This document shows positions 45,159 to 57,453 of a stretch of DNA of 64,000 nucleotides, in pieces. The translations under genes and the position numbers were made by a program. Under the pieces are notes generated by a model. The model did not search any database. It worked only from the letters and a program-made list of their open reading frames with translations, and was not told the DNA's origin. Positions within the stretch are counted from its first letter, which is position 1, and every line of letters begins with the position of its first letter. Source of the stretch: Candidatus Dadabacteria bacterium (GTDB lineage Bacteria > Desulfobacterota_D > UBA1144 > Nemesobacterales > CSP1-2); assembly GCA_963805855.1 (NCBI GenBank), contig CAWDVW010000002.1, positions 669,154 to 733,153 on the forward strand, given 5' to 3'.

Positions 45159-47324
45159 AATGGACACCATAGGTTGTTAGTCTAAGCACTCTTTGCCTGT
45201 TTGCTTATTTTTACTCTGAATACTTTTTTTCAAATTTCTTGACCGATGACGATAATATTTTCGTCCCAAAGGCGTTATTCGGAGAGGCAGAGGTTCTGTA
45301 GGACCAGCCCGGTCGATTCATTCTTATCAAGCTTGGAGGATGGGCGAATTCTGTAGCATTTGTCAAGGCAATTACTCTGCTTTTCTTTCCGATTATCGCG
45401 GTGGAAATATACGCGATATCCAGACAAGCCGGTGCAAAAATATTGCCGTCTGCTGCTGTTGCGTTATTGATCAGTGGCTTTTCCGTTGCCGTCAGGCAGC
45501 CCTATTTCATCTCCGGTGCCCACCCGACGATGGGTGCGGCGTTCGCACTTGCGGCGCTGTCGGTATTCCTTCGATCGTATGACAACAATAGTCGATTTGA
45601 CAAAGTATTTGCGGCGAGCTTCGTCCTGTCACTGATCGCCGCCGCCTTCTCGCCCGAGATGTTCCTGTTTCCTGTAGCGCCGATCGCCTGGGCGGCGGCA
45701 TCGCTCGCTTTCAGACGAATCCAGCTCCGCCAGCTTCTGTTGGCGACGGCGGTCGGCGGGCCGGTCTTCCTGATCGTCGGCTATCTCGCGTTCAAGTCGC
45801 ACCACTACGGGCACATCGTCGGCTGGACGGATATTTCGGTCCACACGGTGCTGAAGAACTTCCTCACTGTCCTCTCCATGCCGATCGAAGCGATACGCAG
45901 CCAGAGCATCGTCCTCCAGGTGCTTTATCTAGCGCTCATCGTAGCCCTCGGCTTCTTCGCGTTCCGCGCGCTCTTTTCCGGCAGCGGGACTCCGGGGACC
46001 AGCGATCATGCCCTTATCAGGCGCTCCGCGTTGGTCTTTGTCCTCTGCGGTCTTTCCGCGGAACTCGCCTTCGGCCCGGTTTCGATCACCACCTACTTCG
46101 CCAGCCGCTACGAAGCACCGGTGTTCATTTTCGCCGCCCTGGCAATTCTCGTCCCCATTGCGACACTGTGGCCTCGCCTCGCCCCGGCCGTCGCAATGGG
46201 CGCCAGGGTCTGGCGCTGCCGGTGGTGGCGGCCTGGAACATGGTCGCGAGGATGGACATCGTTGAAGCGGAGGATGGCTACTCCCTGCGGGCGCACAAGC
46301 GGATCGAAAAGGTCGTCACGCGCAAATCGAAGACGTGGCCGCAAGATTCGCAGGTCCTGTTCGTTGTGAAGAAACCGCTTGAAGCCAGCACGCGGGGCTT
46401 CAACCACTGGAGCACATGGTACCTGCGCAAACTCACCGGACGCCGCGATCTGATCGGCCTGGTCGGACAAGAGCACAGCATCAGCCGGGATCCCTTTGTC
46501 GAGGAATACAGCGACGGAGACAGCGAATACTGGGAAATCATCGACGGGCGATCGAAGCAAATCAAGATGATCGGGCTCGAACCGGATCGCCCCCTTTTCG
46601 TCTATACGATCGCAAGAGACCACCGCCGGTCGGCCGCGGCAACGGTCGTTTTTGAGAATCAGGGTCGCGCCCGGATGGTGCCTCCGGGCGTCGCGCCGGA
46701 GACGGGGGCCGTTGTCGCCGACAACGACCCCGCCCTTTCGTCGGCGGAGAATCTCTACGTTTGGCCGAGCGCCGCGGAAACCATCGTGCCGGGTGACGAG
46801 AAATGCGACTTCGAAGCGGAATTCGCTCCAGACGCGTCGGAAATGTTGACTGTCAATGTCGTCCGTGCGAGCCCGGCCGGCATCGACCTGCCGGTGGTGC
46901 CGGACGGCTGTGTCAATGTGGTGCTCCGCTTCGAGCCCGACACGATCGTCGAGGCGCCACAGCCCTTCTCCAAGGAAGAGCCGCCGATGCCGACCCAGGG
47001 ACCCGTCCTGACGATGTACCAGCGCCCCTTCGGCCTCTTGCTCACCGGGTTGAAATACGATCGAGAGGCACGGTCGCCGTTCACTGGAAAGAACCAAGCG
47101 ACAACGTTCGAATTCGCGGTCGGGAACGGGCTTGGTATGACCTGCGGGTGGACGGGCGGGACTATCCGCTCGGCGTTGCGACGCTATCGGAGACCATAGG
47201 ACTGGGTAATGGCTTTTTTCAGCGTTACTGGGGCGGCAAGGTCGAAATAGGTTTGTCGATCGATGGCGAGACGGCGGCGCCCGACGAGATCGGCGTCCAC
47301 CCGTTTTTGGCAGCGGGAGACTAG
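45159..47324 (+). CDS. Multi-TM membrane protein, putative GT-C (Gtr-type) glycosyltransferase, frameshifted
   Basis: Broken ORFs 45401-46369 and 46168-47199. The upstream part gives a TM then TDDD; many TM helices plus a soluble C-terminus; directly upstream of gtrA. Confidence 0.5.
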
Positions 47325-47459
47325 GCGTCTCGAGCGATACGTTCCGGCTTGTTTCCCGACCTCCTCGGTCATAATCGCGACCGACGGATACGCTCTCGAC
47401 CAGCGGAAGCCCGAGAACATGTGGGGTGGACAGGGCGCATTGAAACAGGTGGTAACTAA

Positions 47460-47909
47460 GTGAAAAGGCTTGTTTCGGACTTTAAATCGCGGCTGCGGCG
47501 CAACCCGACCGCCGGCAAGATCGTGGCGTCCGAGCACTCCGGCTACATCGTCCGTTTCGGCATATCCGGCCTGCTTTCGACGGCCTTTTACTTCGTCCTG
47601 ATGAACCTCATCGTGCTCGCCTTCGGGATGGAACCAGTCTGGGCATCGGTTCTCGCATACGCGATTGCCATCGGCTTTTCTTACACGATGCAGAGCCGGT
47701 TTACGTTTCGCGTCAAGCAGGACAGTCTAAATCAGGTCACGCGGTTCGTGGCGACCTCGCTGGCGGGGCTTGCTGTCTCATACTGGACCGTTTGGTTGTT
47801 CAATGACTATCTGAAGATGCCGTATTGGACGGGCGCGGCGGTCGTGTGCGTCGTGGTGCCGACAATGAACTTCCTGATATTCAATCGATGGGTCTTCTTA
47901 AGGAGATAG
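47460..47909 (+). CDS. GtrA-family flippase-like protein
   Basis: RFGISGLLST..F..RFTFR..RF..NFLIFNRWVF four-TM pattern. Confidence 0.85.
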   Translation: MKRLVSDFKSRLRRNPTAGKIVASEHSGYIVRFGISGLLSTAFYFVLMNLIVLAFGMEPVWASVLAYAIAIGFSYTMQSRFTFRVKQDSLNQVTRFVATSLAGLAVSYWTVWLFNDYLKMPYWTGAAVVCVVVPTMNFLIFNRWVFLRR

Positions 47910-48025
47910 TCGCGGAGCCGGAGGACGAAGCCCGATGAAGTCTGGGGGATCGGTGCTTGTCACGCTCCGCAGGAAGCCCGGCTCTCGCTCCTCCGGCTTC
48001 ACGCCGGCGGCAGCAAGGTGGTTAA

Positions 48026-49036
48026 CAGCCCGTTGACCAAGTGCGGCGCGCCTGATTCCGTCTGAAGATCGAGATTCGGACAGGATTTGTGCGATGGCGA
48101 TGAGACGGGAGACGGGGGTTCAAGGCGACCTGGTCGTGACTTGGGCGGAGATGCCGCGCTCGCCGGGACACGCGTATTACGACCGGCTGGAAAAGCTGCT
48201 GAGCGAGGCCGGCTTCGACGCCTTCGTCGAGACGGAGCGCAAGCCCGTTCTACGCGCCTCGCATGGGGGCTCCCTCGCTGCCGCCGGGACGGTATTTCCG
48301 GATGTACATGATCGGCTATTTCGAAGGGATCGACAGTGAGCGTGGCATCGCCTGGCGGTGTTCGGATTCGCTATCTCTTCGCGCGTTCCTGCGCCTGGCG
48401 AACCGCGACAAGGTTCCCGATCATTCCTGGCTGTCGAAGACGCGCAGCCGCCTGCCGCACGAGGGGCATGAGAAGGTCTTCGGCTGGGTCCTGGCTCTGG
48501 TCGCCGAGGGCGGTCTAGTCGCCGACAAGGGCTATCATTCACGTGCTGTCCTGAAAGGTCTTGACGACGGTCCATGGAAGACACGCATCGCCGAGCCCAC
48601 ACCCGCCAACGGCTTTCTGCGCTGGCAAGGCGATGAGGAGGCACGCGCCGCGGTGTATGGGAACCGCAACCGGTTACGATCGAGCGTCGGCAAGCAGGCC
48701 ATGCGCAAGCGCGGCGAAATCGTCGAACGTAGCTTCGCCCATATCCTCGATCGTGGAGGCATGCGCCGCACGTGGCTGCGCGGTCGCGAAAACATCCACA
48801 AGCGATACCTGGTCCATGTCGCTGGCTACAATCTTGGCATTCTGATGCGCGCGCTGTTCGGGTGCGGAACCCCGAGGCAGGCTGCAAGCGCCAGCAGCGC
48901 CATTTTGTTCGTCATTCAGACCGATGTTGCCCTGGCCGTCGCCATCGTGTCGCTGATCGACGGCAAAGCGGCGATGCTTGTCATTACCGTCGCCCCCGAG
49001 ACAGATTGATCAAAGAGCGACTTCGTCATCGGGCTA
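48026..49036 (+). mobile_element. IS1182/IS5-like element, internally deleted and frameshifted
   Basis: IRs CAGCCCGTTGACCAAGT and ACTTCGTCATCGGGCT; near-identical 5' part to 44080-44903; frameshift ~48240; AEGGL joined directly to VADKGY. Confidence 0.85.
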
Positions 49037-49401
49037 AGCCCGTTGCAACTTCGCGGTGGAATCCACTCCCCGCTTCACCGATCGCTTCGCCCATCCACTA
49101 ATTGCTTCACACGCCGTCCACGCCGCAATAAGAACGACATCGGCTCCGTGGCCGCACGATGACAATTCACCAACAGGTCGAACATCCTAAGGCAGCCTAT
49201 AGATCGCGAAACATGATCGTCATGACCGACCCAGCCTCATTTCCAAAGGCCGAGAAAGAGTGAGTGAAGTTCGGTCTGCCCGGCACAGGACGCATAGCCT
49301 CGCGACAATATTGATAGACTTGGGATAGTGAACACGGCAATTCGGAATGCCTGGAGATGAGCGTTGAGCAAAAATTTTAAGCAGCGGTCCGATAAACGGA
49401 A

Positions 49402-50350
49402 AATGATCAGCCTCATTGCACCCTGCTACAATGAGGCCGACGTTCTTCCGGATTTCTTCTTTGCTATCAAACAATTGGCGTCGGACTTGGATGCATATGT
49501 TTTCGAGTTCATCTTTGTGGACGACGGCAGTACCCATGGGACACTTGGCCTGCTTCTCGATTTTGTTTCCAAGGATTTGCGGGCGAGTGTTGTCGAATTT
49601 TCACGCAATTTTGGCAAGGAGTTGAGCGCTTACTGCCGGTTTGAATTTCGCATCCGGGGACGCCGTTGTGCCCATGGATGCCGGATTTGCAAGACCCTCC
49701 GGATTTGATCAAAGAGATGATAAAATCATGGGAAGAGGGTGCTCAGGTCGTGGTTGCGCAAAGGATAGAGCGTTCGAGCGATACTTACCTGAAGCGACAA
49801 TCGGCCCAGGCTTTCTACCGTATCCACAACGCCATTGCTGACGTGAAAATACCGGAAAATGTCGGCGACTTTCGGCTCTGGATCGCGTGGTAGTGGAAGC
49901 AATCAAACTCATGCCCGAGCGGACCCGCTTTTTTCATGAAGGGTGTTTTTGCCTGGGTTGGTTTCGACACGAAAACCGTGAAATACGTTCGTCAGCAGCG
50001 GGGGGCCGGCAAGACGAAATTTTCAGGATTTCGACTCTGGAATTTTGCGCTGGAGGAAATCACTAGCTTTAGTGCCGCGCCTCTCAAGATTTGGACCTAC
50101 ATCGGTTTGGTTTGCGCGCTATTCGGCATAATTTATTCGATATTTATTTTTACACGCGTCATTATGTTTGGCATAGAAGCGCCCGGCTATGCATCAACTA
50201 TAATCGCTGTAATGTTTTTTGGGAGTCTGAATTTAGTAAGTATAGGATTTCTTGGCGAATACGTCACGAGGATTTATTCAGAAGTAAAGGCGCGGCCATT
50301 GTATATCGTAAATAGATATCATAAGAGAGACGCAAACGATGAAATTTAGC
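49402..50350 (+). CDS. GT2 bactoprenol glycosyltransferase (GtrB-like), multiple frameshifts
   Basis: IAPCYNEA, FVDDGS, SRNFGKE, DLQDPP, GDFRL, MKGVFAWVGF, GEYVTRIYSEVKARPLY spread over several frames. Confidence 0.85.
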
Positions 50351-51137
50351 GCATATCTCAACATGGCTTCGGTCGAGCGTGTCCATTGGTGGTACGTCGC
50401 CAGAAGTAGGCGATCATCAATGGCTTTTTGAGGAGACGTTCAAGCCGTCTGATGCTCGAATACTCGAGGTTGGATGCGAAACCGGCGGAAACCTGGCTCT
50501 TCTTATGGGCTATGGCCATCTGAGCGCGTTGGAGATGGACGCCACCGCTCTGAATATTGCTAAAGGCACGGTCGGCGGCGACAAAGTCGACATTCGCCAA
50601 GGGGCCTTGCCCGGCCGGGATCCGTTCGCTGGGAAAGTATTTGACCTGATTATACTCCTGGATGTTCTGGAACACATCAAGGACGACGGGGGGACGCTGT
50701 CAGAACTTCACCGATGTACTGCGGCAGGCGGAAAGATCGTGATTACCGTACCGGGCTATAATTGGCTTTTCGGGCGCCACGATGTGGCGTTGCATCACAT
50801 GCGCCGTTATGGAAAGCGCGAGCTGACAAGACGCGTCGAAACTGCCGGCTTTCGTGTCCGGAGAGCCACTTATTTTAATACCTTTCTATTTCCGTTAGTT
50901 GCCTTGTCTCGTCTGTGGGAAAAAATGTCGACCGGAGAGAAAATCATCGGACAGCATACGCCGCCGAAGCCGTTGAATACGGTACTCAAGGCGGTGTTCA
51001 GAGAGCGAGGGGGATCGTGCTTCCGCGATTCTCCTTCCCTTTCGGGGTTTCTATACTCTGTATTGCTGAGCGGGAAACTGGTTGAGAGCCGGAACAAATA
51101 CCCCTCGGCGTTTTGTTCGCCTCTGACGTCACGGTGA
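50339..51137 (+). CDS. Class I SAM-dependent methyltransferase, frameshifted
   Basis: HWWY N-terminus in a different frame; [26 protein letters not shown]. Confidence 0.8.
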
Positions 51138-51255
51138 AAAACAGATTGCTGTTCGCCTGCGTATACTGACCCGGGGGGTTGATTGTGATGAGCGCATATT
51201 ATACCGGCGTTCGACCCAGACGGCCACGGAGGGATCGGGTTTGACATTCGAGCGT

Positions 51256-52317
51256 ATGGACAAAGTCGCCCTGATCACCGGCGTGACCGGCCAGGACGGC
51301 GCCTATCTGTCCGAGTTCCTCCTCGAAAAGGGCTACGTCGTCCACGGCATCAAGCGGCGGTCGTCGTCGTTCAACACCGGGCGGATCGAGCACCTCTACC
51401 AGGAGCCGCACGAGGCCAACCAGCGCTTCATCCTCCACTACGGCGACATGACCGATGCGACCAACCTGATCCGCATCGTCCAGGAGACCCAGCCGGACGA
51501 GATCTACAATCTCGCCGCGCAGTCGCATGTCATGGTCAGCTTCGAGACGGCCGAATACACGGCCAATGCCGATGCGCTGGGGACGCTGCGGCTGCTCGAG
51601 GCGATCCGCCTGCTTGGCCTGGAGAAGAAGACACGCTTCTACCAGGCGTCGACCTCCGAGCTCTACGGCAAGGTCCAGGAGATTCCCCAGACCGAGACGA
51701 CACCCTTCTATCCCCGCTCGCCCTACGCCGCCGCCAAGCTCTACGCCTACTGGATCACGGTGAACTATCGCGAGGCCTATGGCATCCACGCCTCGAACGG
51801 CATCCTGTTCAACCACGAGAGCCCGATCCGCGGCGAGACCTTCGTCACCCGCAAGATCACCCGGGCGGTCGCCGCGATTTCGCTCGGGCGGCAGGACAAG
51901 CTCTATCTCGGCAACCTCGATGCCAAGCGCGACTGGGGCCATGCCCGCGAATATGTCCGGGCGATGTGGATGATGCTGCAGCAGGACGAGCCCGACGACT
52001 ATGTGCTCGCGACCGGCGTCACCACCACCGTTCGTTCCTTTGTCGAATGGGCCTTCGCCGATGTCGGCATCACGATCGAATGGCGTGGCACCGGCGTCGA
52101 GGAGAAGGGTCTCGACGCGGCGACGGGCCGGGTCCTGGTCGAGGTCGATCCGCGCTATTTCAGGCCGACCGAGGTCGAATTGCTGATCGGCGACGCCACC
52201 AAGGCGCGGGAAAAGTTCGGCTGGACGCACGAGGTCTCGGTTCGCGAACTGGTCACCGAAATGGTGCGCGCGGATCTCAAGGTGATGGAGGAATCGACGG
52301 TGATCCGCGATGCCTGA
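51256..52317 (+). CDS. gmd: GDP-mannose 4,6-dehydratase
   Basis: [56 protein letters not shown]. Confidence 0.97.
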   Translation: MDKVALITGVTGQDGAYLSEFLLEKGYVVHGIKRRSSSFNTGRIEHLYQEPHEANQRFILHYGDMTDATNLIRIVQETQPDEIYNLAAQSHVMVSFETAEYTANADALGTLRLLEAIRLLGLEKKTRFYQASTSELYGKVQEIPQTETTPFYPRSPYAAAKLYAYWITVNYREAYGIHASNGILFNHESPIRGETFVTRKITRAVAAISLGRQDKLYLGNLDAKRDWGHAREYVRAMWMMLQQDEPDDYVLATGVTTTVRSFVEWAFADVGITIEWRGTGVEEKGLDAATGRVLVEVDPRYFRPTEVELLIGDATKAREKFGWTHEVSVRELVTEMVRADLKVMEESTVIRDA

Positions 52318-53289
52318 TGCCGCCACCATCTATCCCCTCGACGGCAAGCGGATCTGGGTCGCCGGCCATCGCGGCATGGTCGGCCAGGCGGTCGTCCGCC
52401 GCCTCGAAGCCGAGCCCTGCGAGATCCTCACCGCCGACCGGCAGGCGGTCGATCTCCGCCGCCAGGCCGAGGTCGAGGCCTGGCTCGCCGAGGCCCGGCC
52501 CGACGCCGTCGTCCTTGCCGCGGCGAAGGTCGGCGGCATCCTCGCCAACGCCACCTACCCGGCGGACTTCCTCTACGACAACCTGATGATCGAGGCGAAC
52601 ATCATCCATTCGTCCTTCGCGGTCGGCGTCGAGAAGCTCCTGTTCCTCGGCTCGAGCTGCATCTATCCGAAATTCGCCGACCAGCCGATCGTCGAGGAGA
52701 GCCTGCTGACCGGCCCCCTCGAGCCGACCAACGAGGCCTATGCGATCGCCAAGATCGCCGGCATCAAGCTCTGCCAGGCCTATCGCGACCAGCATGGCGC
52801 CGACTTCATTTCCGCGATGCCGACCAACCTCTACGGCCCGGGCGACAATTTCGATCTTCAGTCGAGCCACGTCCTGCCGGCGCTGATCCGGCGGACCCAC
52901 GAGGCGAAGCAGCGCGGCGACGCGAGCCTCGTCATCTGGGGGACCGGCACGCCGCGGCGCGAATTCCTCCATGTCGACGACTGCGCGTCGGCGCTTGTCT
53001 TCCTGCTCAAGACCTATTCGGACGGCATCGCACATCAATGTCGGCTATGGCGAGGACATCAGCATCCTCGAACTGGCCCGGCTGATCGCCGATGTCGTCG
53101 GCTACGACGGGCGCGATCGAGCACGATCTGACCAAGCCGGACGGCACGCCGCGCAAGCTGATGAGCAGCGCGAAGCTGCGCGCCCTCGGCTGGGAGCCGA
53201 AGATCGGGCTCCGCGACGGCATCGCGTCGACCTATGCTGATTTCATCAGCCAAGCGGACGGCGAAGTCACGCAGACGGCTTCAACCTAG
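52310..53289 (+). CDS. fcl: GDP-L-fucose synthase, frameshifted near the 3' end
   Basis: [34 protein letters not shown]; continues INVGYGED and KPDGTPRK in other frames. Confidence 0.93.
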
Positions 53290-53648
53290 TCGGGGATCGG
53301 CTTCCCGGCCTTCCAGCTTGCGTGTGATCCGCTGAAGCCGCGGCAGGTGGTCGGTCGGGCGCGCTTTCGGGATTTTTCGACCGCGCTGCAGGCGGCTGGC
53401 TTTCAAAGCCGTCGCTGCCCGCCTGACGCCCGGTTTGGTGCCTGGACCGGACAACCGTGCCTTGGCGACGCCACCTGATAAGCGATGGCACCGCCGCAAA
53501 AGGCAAGTGACGGTTTCCGCAACCCGAACTCTTGCGACGTTATTTCAAATGGATTCCAATCGGTTCAGTGATTCGCACTCGCCGTGTCGCAATCGGCCTT
53601 TCAGCAGCGGGACATTTCGCTTCGCCTGCTCCGGAAGAAGCGCAACTC

Positions 53649-54883
53649 GTGAACAGAACCATCCTGATCGTTTTCCTTACGGAAGAAGAACCGGCGACAG
53701 CCTGGGCGGTCGATTCCCTGGTGGGTCAGCTCGAGGACGGGGACACGCTTCTCCTCCTCCACAACGGCGCGGAAGACCGTTCATTCGCAGCGAAATATGC
53801 CGGATTGCCGCGCGTCCGCTATTTCGAGCAGCGCCACAACCTTGGCGTCGCCGGCGGCAGGAACTTCCTTCTCCGCCAGTCGGAATGCAAAGAGGCCGAT
53901 CTCGTATTCCTGGTCGACAGCGACGCGATCGTCCCTAACGACTACCTGCGGAAGATGACCGAATTCATCAGCGCGGCCCCCGATGCAGGTGTGGTCGGTC
54001 CCATCGTGCTGAGCTTTCCCCACCTCCGGGAGAGGCTGGCGGCGGCCGGGTTTCCCCTCGGCGGCGATGACCAACAGATTTCCCCTGTCGGAGCCGCATT
54101 CGATACTGAGGTGATCAGAAACGTGGTCGCTGGACAGCTCGAACAGGCCGACCTCGATCACATCGGCACGGATCCGGAATGGCGGAAAACATACCTCTCG
54201 CAGGAGAATTTCCTGGAGATGGTACTGAGGCTCTGCGATGCCGCACCGGCAACGGACTTCTACGGCTCGCTCAAGAGAGACGGCCGGAGTCGCGCTCTCT
54301 TGTCCGGCGGCCCGGCGAAATTGGAGGTATCGAACGTCGCCGGATGCTGCAGGTCTTCCGGCGAAGCCTTCTCGACGAGATCGGCTACCTTTGCGAGTTG
54401 TTTAATCCGTATGGGCTCGAGGATGTCGATTTCAGCCTTCGGGGCATATCGCACGGGTACAAGAACTACACGACGAACGCGACCTATCTTCTCCATCGGA
54501 CGGACCTCCGGCATTCCGCCCGCACTACGCCGCAAGAGTTCCGTCGGACACGCACCAACGACAGCCGGGCCCGGACGATCCTCGAATTCAGATGGGCGGG
54601 GAGCGATTTTCCGGCGGTGACGTTTCGCCAACTCCTCGGGCAGTATCTCGTCCGCAGTTCGACAGCCGACAGCGCAAGATCAGCCGATGAAGTGTTCCTG
54701 GCGGACCTGTTCGGCATCCGGACCGCGTTTGACCAGATCGCCGACGCGGAAGGCCCGGGATTCGAGGCCGCTCTGGAGGAGAGCGCCAAGCGGCTCGGCA
54801 TCCCAGCGCACATCCTCACATCGGCTGACGGTGAACCGGAGCCGGCAGAGACCACGCACGAACGCATCGAGGCCAGCGCGTGA
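53649..54883 (+). CDS. GT2-family glycosyltransferase, frameshifted
   Basis: HNG, NLGVAGGRN, VDSDA, GCC then (other frame) EIGYL..EDVDFSLR. Confidence 0.75.
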
Positions 54884-55393
54884 GCGGACGGATAGATCAT
54901 ATGGCCAGCGTGGCATCGATCGGCCCCGAGACACTCCGTGCCGAAGCGCTTAGTCGCCTCGACCGCCTGTTTCTCGACTTTGGCGACAAGATCGCCGGGA
55001 TCGCGTCGAAAGAGGGTGTCGAAGCCGTCCTTGAGCGCAAGGATCGCGTGATCGCGCAACGGGATGAAACGATTGATCGCCAGCGGGCAAAACTCAAAGA
55101 CACCGTGAATGAACTTTCGCGTTTGAGAGGGCGAATGGAGGCCGCCGGAAAGCAGCACCAGGCCAGGATCGCCGACAAAGACCGGATCATTGCGGATGCA
55201 GGCTGGGCGGCTGAGCCGGCAGACGGATCGCCTTAGCGCCTGGAAGGTGAGATATGCGCACCTTAAAAGCGAGGTATCCGAACTCAAGCAGGCCAAGGCC
55301 GACCTTCGGCAGAGGCTGAACAAGCGACGCGACCTGGGCTACTATGTCAACAAGCTGCTATCGAGGTTCCATTCGCGAAAAAAGAGCCGATAG
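54880..55393 (+). CDS. Coiled-coil hypothetical protein, frameshifted
   Basis: KDRVIAQRDETI..KDRII heptad-like segments across ORFs 54880-55236 and 55190-55393. Confidence 0.5.
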
Positions 55394-55909
55394 CAAAGCA
55401 CCCGTGAGCCTGCGGATTCCGGCCGGGCGTTAAGACGATATTCCGCCTCAGGTCAGACGAGTTTCCAGCCGCGCGGAAGGAGATCGCGCGTATCCATTGA
55501 TTGCGAGACAGTGTCGGTGTGCCATTCCCGCGGCGCGATCACGACCTTGTCGCTTGCTTCCGCGAGTCCTCGTTAATGGGGACGTCGAAGAACCATGGGA
55601 ATCGATTGATACTGATGCGGCAATGCCGTCATCCGTATTTGCCATTTCCTGGATTTCTTTCCGCGCGCTCCAGCGTCGCCAGTTTCTTCAACATCTCGTG
55701 GATGAGGGTCAGGCCATCGGCAACCTCATTCGATCGGGCCTCAAGCATCTCCTGTTCGTTTTCCGGCCTGCCGGCTTGTCCGTCATCCTGGCGCTGTCAG
55801 CGGCAGACCGATAGTCCCCGAATGAACTCGCGAGAACAGGGGCGCTATCGGGCTCTTTCTGTGCCTGGCTAACTCCGGTCTTTTTCCTCGGCGAGGGCAT
55901 CTTTCACCA

Positions 55910-56961
55910 GATCCACGGCAGCGTCGCGACCAATACGCGACCCGAAAACGATTGCGACACCGGCTATTTCCGGGATCGCCATGGGAAACAAATTCGATCA
56001 CTTCACGCTTGAAGAGAGATGCCGCTTGCGCGGCTTGATGGAAATGGGTCTTCGACCAGGTGAGATTGCCCGCCGGCTTGGTCGGCATCGTGGGACGATC
56101 TACCGGGAGATTGCCAGGAACCGCTGCGCCTCGGGCTATCGACCCGACAGCGCCGATCGGATGGCCTGGGTCCGCAAACTGCGCGGCTCGAAGATCCAGC
56201 GCTCCACCCGCCTTCGCGATTATGTCGGAGACCGCCTTGCCATGGGATGGTCGCCGGAAGAGATCGCCGGACGGATGGAGCTGGACACAATGAACGACAC
56301 CGTCAGCGCCGAGTCCATCTACCGATACGTCTACAGCCCTGCCGGCCGGCGAGCCGGGTTGCCTCGGTATCTCGCCCAGCGCAAGGCAAAGCGGGGCCGC
56401 CGGCGACGCAATGGTCGGCGCGAGCCATCCATCCCAAATCGGGTTTCCATCGATCAACGGCCCGCCGAGGCTGACGGACGCATCGCCTTCGGACATTGGG
56501 AGGGAGATCTCATGCACTTTCGTCGTCAGAAGGACATCCTCCTGACCCTCCAGGAGCGATGCTCCCGGCTCACTTTGGCCGAGCGCCTCTCCAGCAAGGA
56601 TGCGACCGACACGGCGGACGCCATCATCGATCAGCTCGCCGCCTTGCCCTCAACAGCGCTGCAGACCATTACCCACGACAATGGTGGCGAGTTCGCCCGG
56701 CATGAGCGGGTCAAGGACGCCATCGGGCTTCGCGCCTTCTTCTGCGACCCGCATAGTCCATGGCAGCGCGGCGGCATCGAGAATGCCAACGGCCGCCTGC
56801 GGCGCGATCTGCCACGCAAGGCCAGCCTCAGCGGCTACAGCGACAAAGACATCGACAGCATCGTCTGGAACCTCAACACAACGCCGCGAAAGTGCCTCGG
56901 CTTCAGAACGCCAATCGAGGCCTTCGCATCTCAACTCCGTGTCGCACTTGAACTGTGAATC
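55910..56961 (+). mobile_element. IS30-family insertion sequence (transposase 55981-56958)
   Basis: IARRLGRHRGTIYREIARN HTH, WSPEEIAG, GHWEGD, DNGGEF, PHSPWQRGGIEN, PRKCLGFRTP; imperfect terminal IRs. Confidence 0.92.
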
Positions 56962-57453
56962 GTAGCGGCGTTCAGGAATGATCCCCAGGAGATCCCTGGA
57001 GTTGACTATCGTCAACCTCCGTCGGCCCGATTTACTACTTCGCCGCGATCCGGGACGAGGCGCGTCGCTTCGTTCAAGGCACGCTGCGCATGAAGTTCAT
57101 GGGCAGTTGATCCTCCGCCCGCGCACGAGCTGGCTTCCATCTGCGAGCGCATCAACATCGCCCTATTCGCCCCGCAACGGCTCCGAAGTGGCTGGGCTAC
57201 TCCGAATTGGTCGTCGCCCGCAGTCAGCCCATCGCTTCCGGAGTTGATCATGAAGCCGTCGTCTTCGACGGCTTGCGGCCAAAAAGCGCAGAGCAATCGC
57301 GGCCCAAATAACCTTAAGAATTAGTGTTAATTATATAGCTTAATTCTAATTGTCATAAATATTCTATTAATGTTTCCGACTCCTCGGACGTATCATCAGG
57401 GAGGAATTCACAAGAAGAACGCGGCTTTTGCATGCCGCGTAAGGGATGCAGTC

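Noticed and set aside
53020-53120. Programmed frameshifting or phase variation in fcl and neighbours
   Set aside because: No slippery motifs or long homopolymer tracts at most breaks; sequencing error is the simpler explanation.
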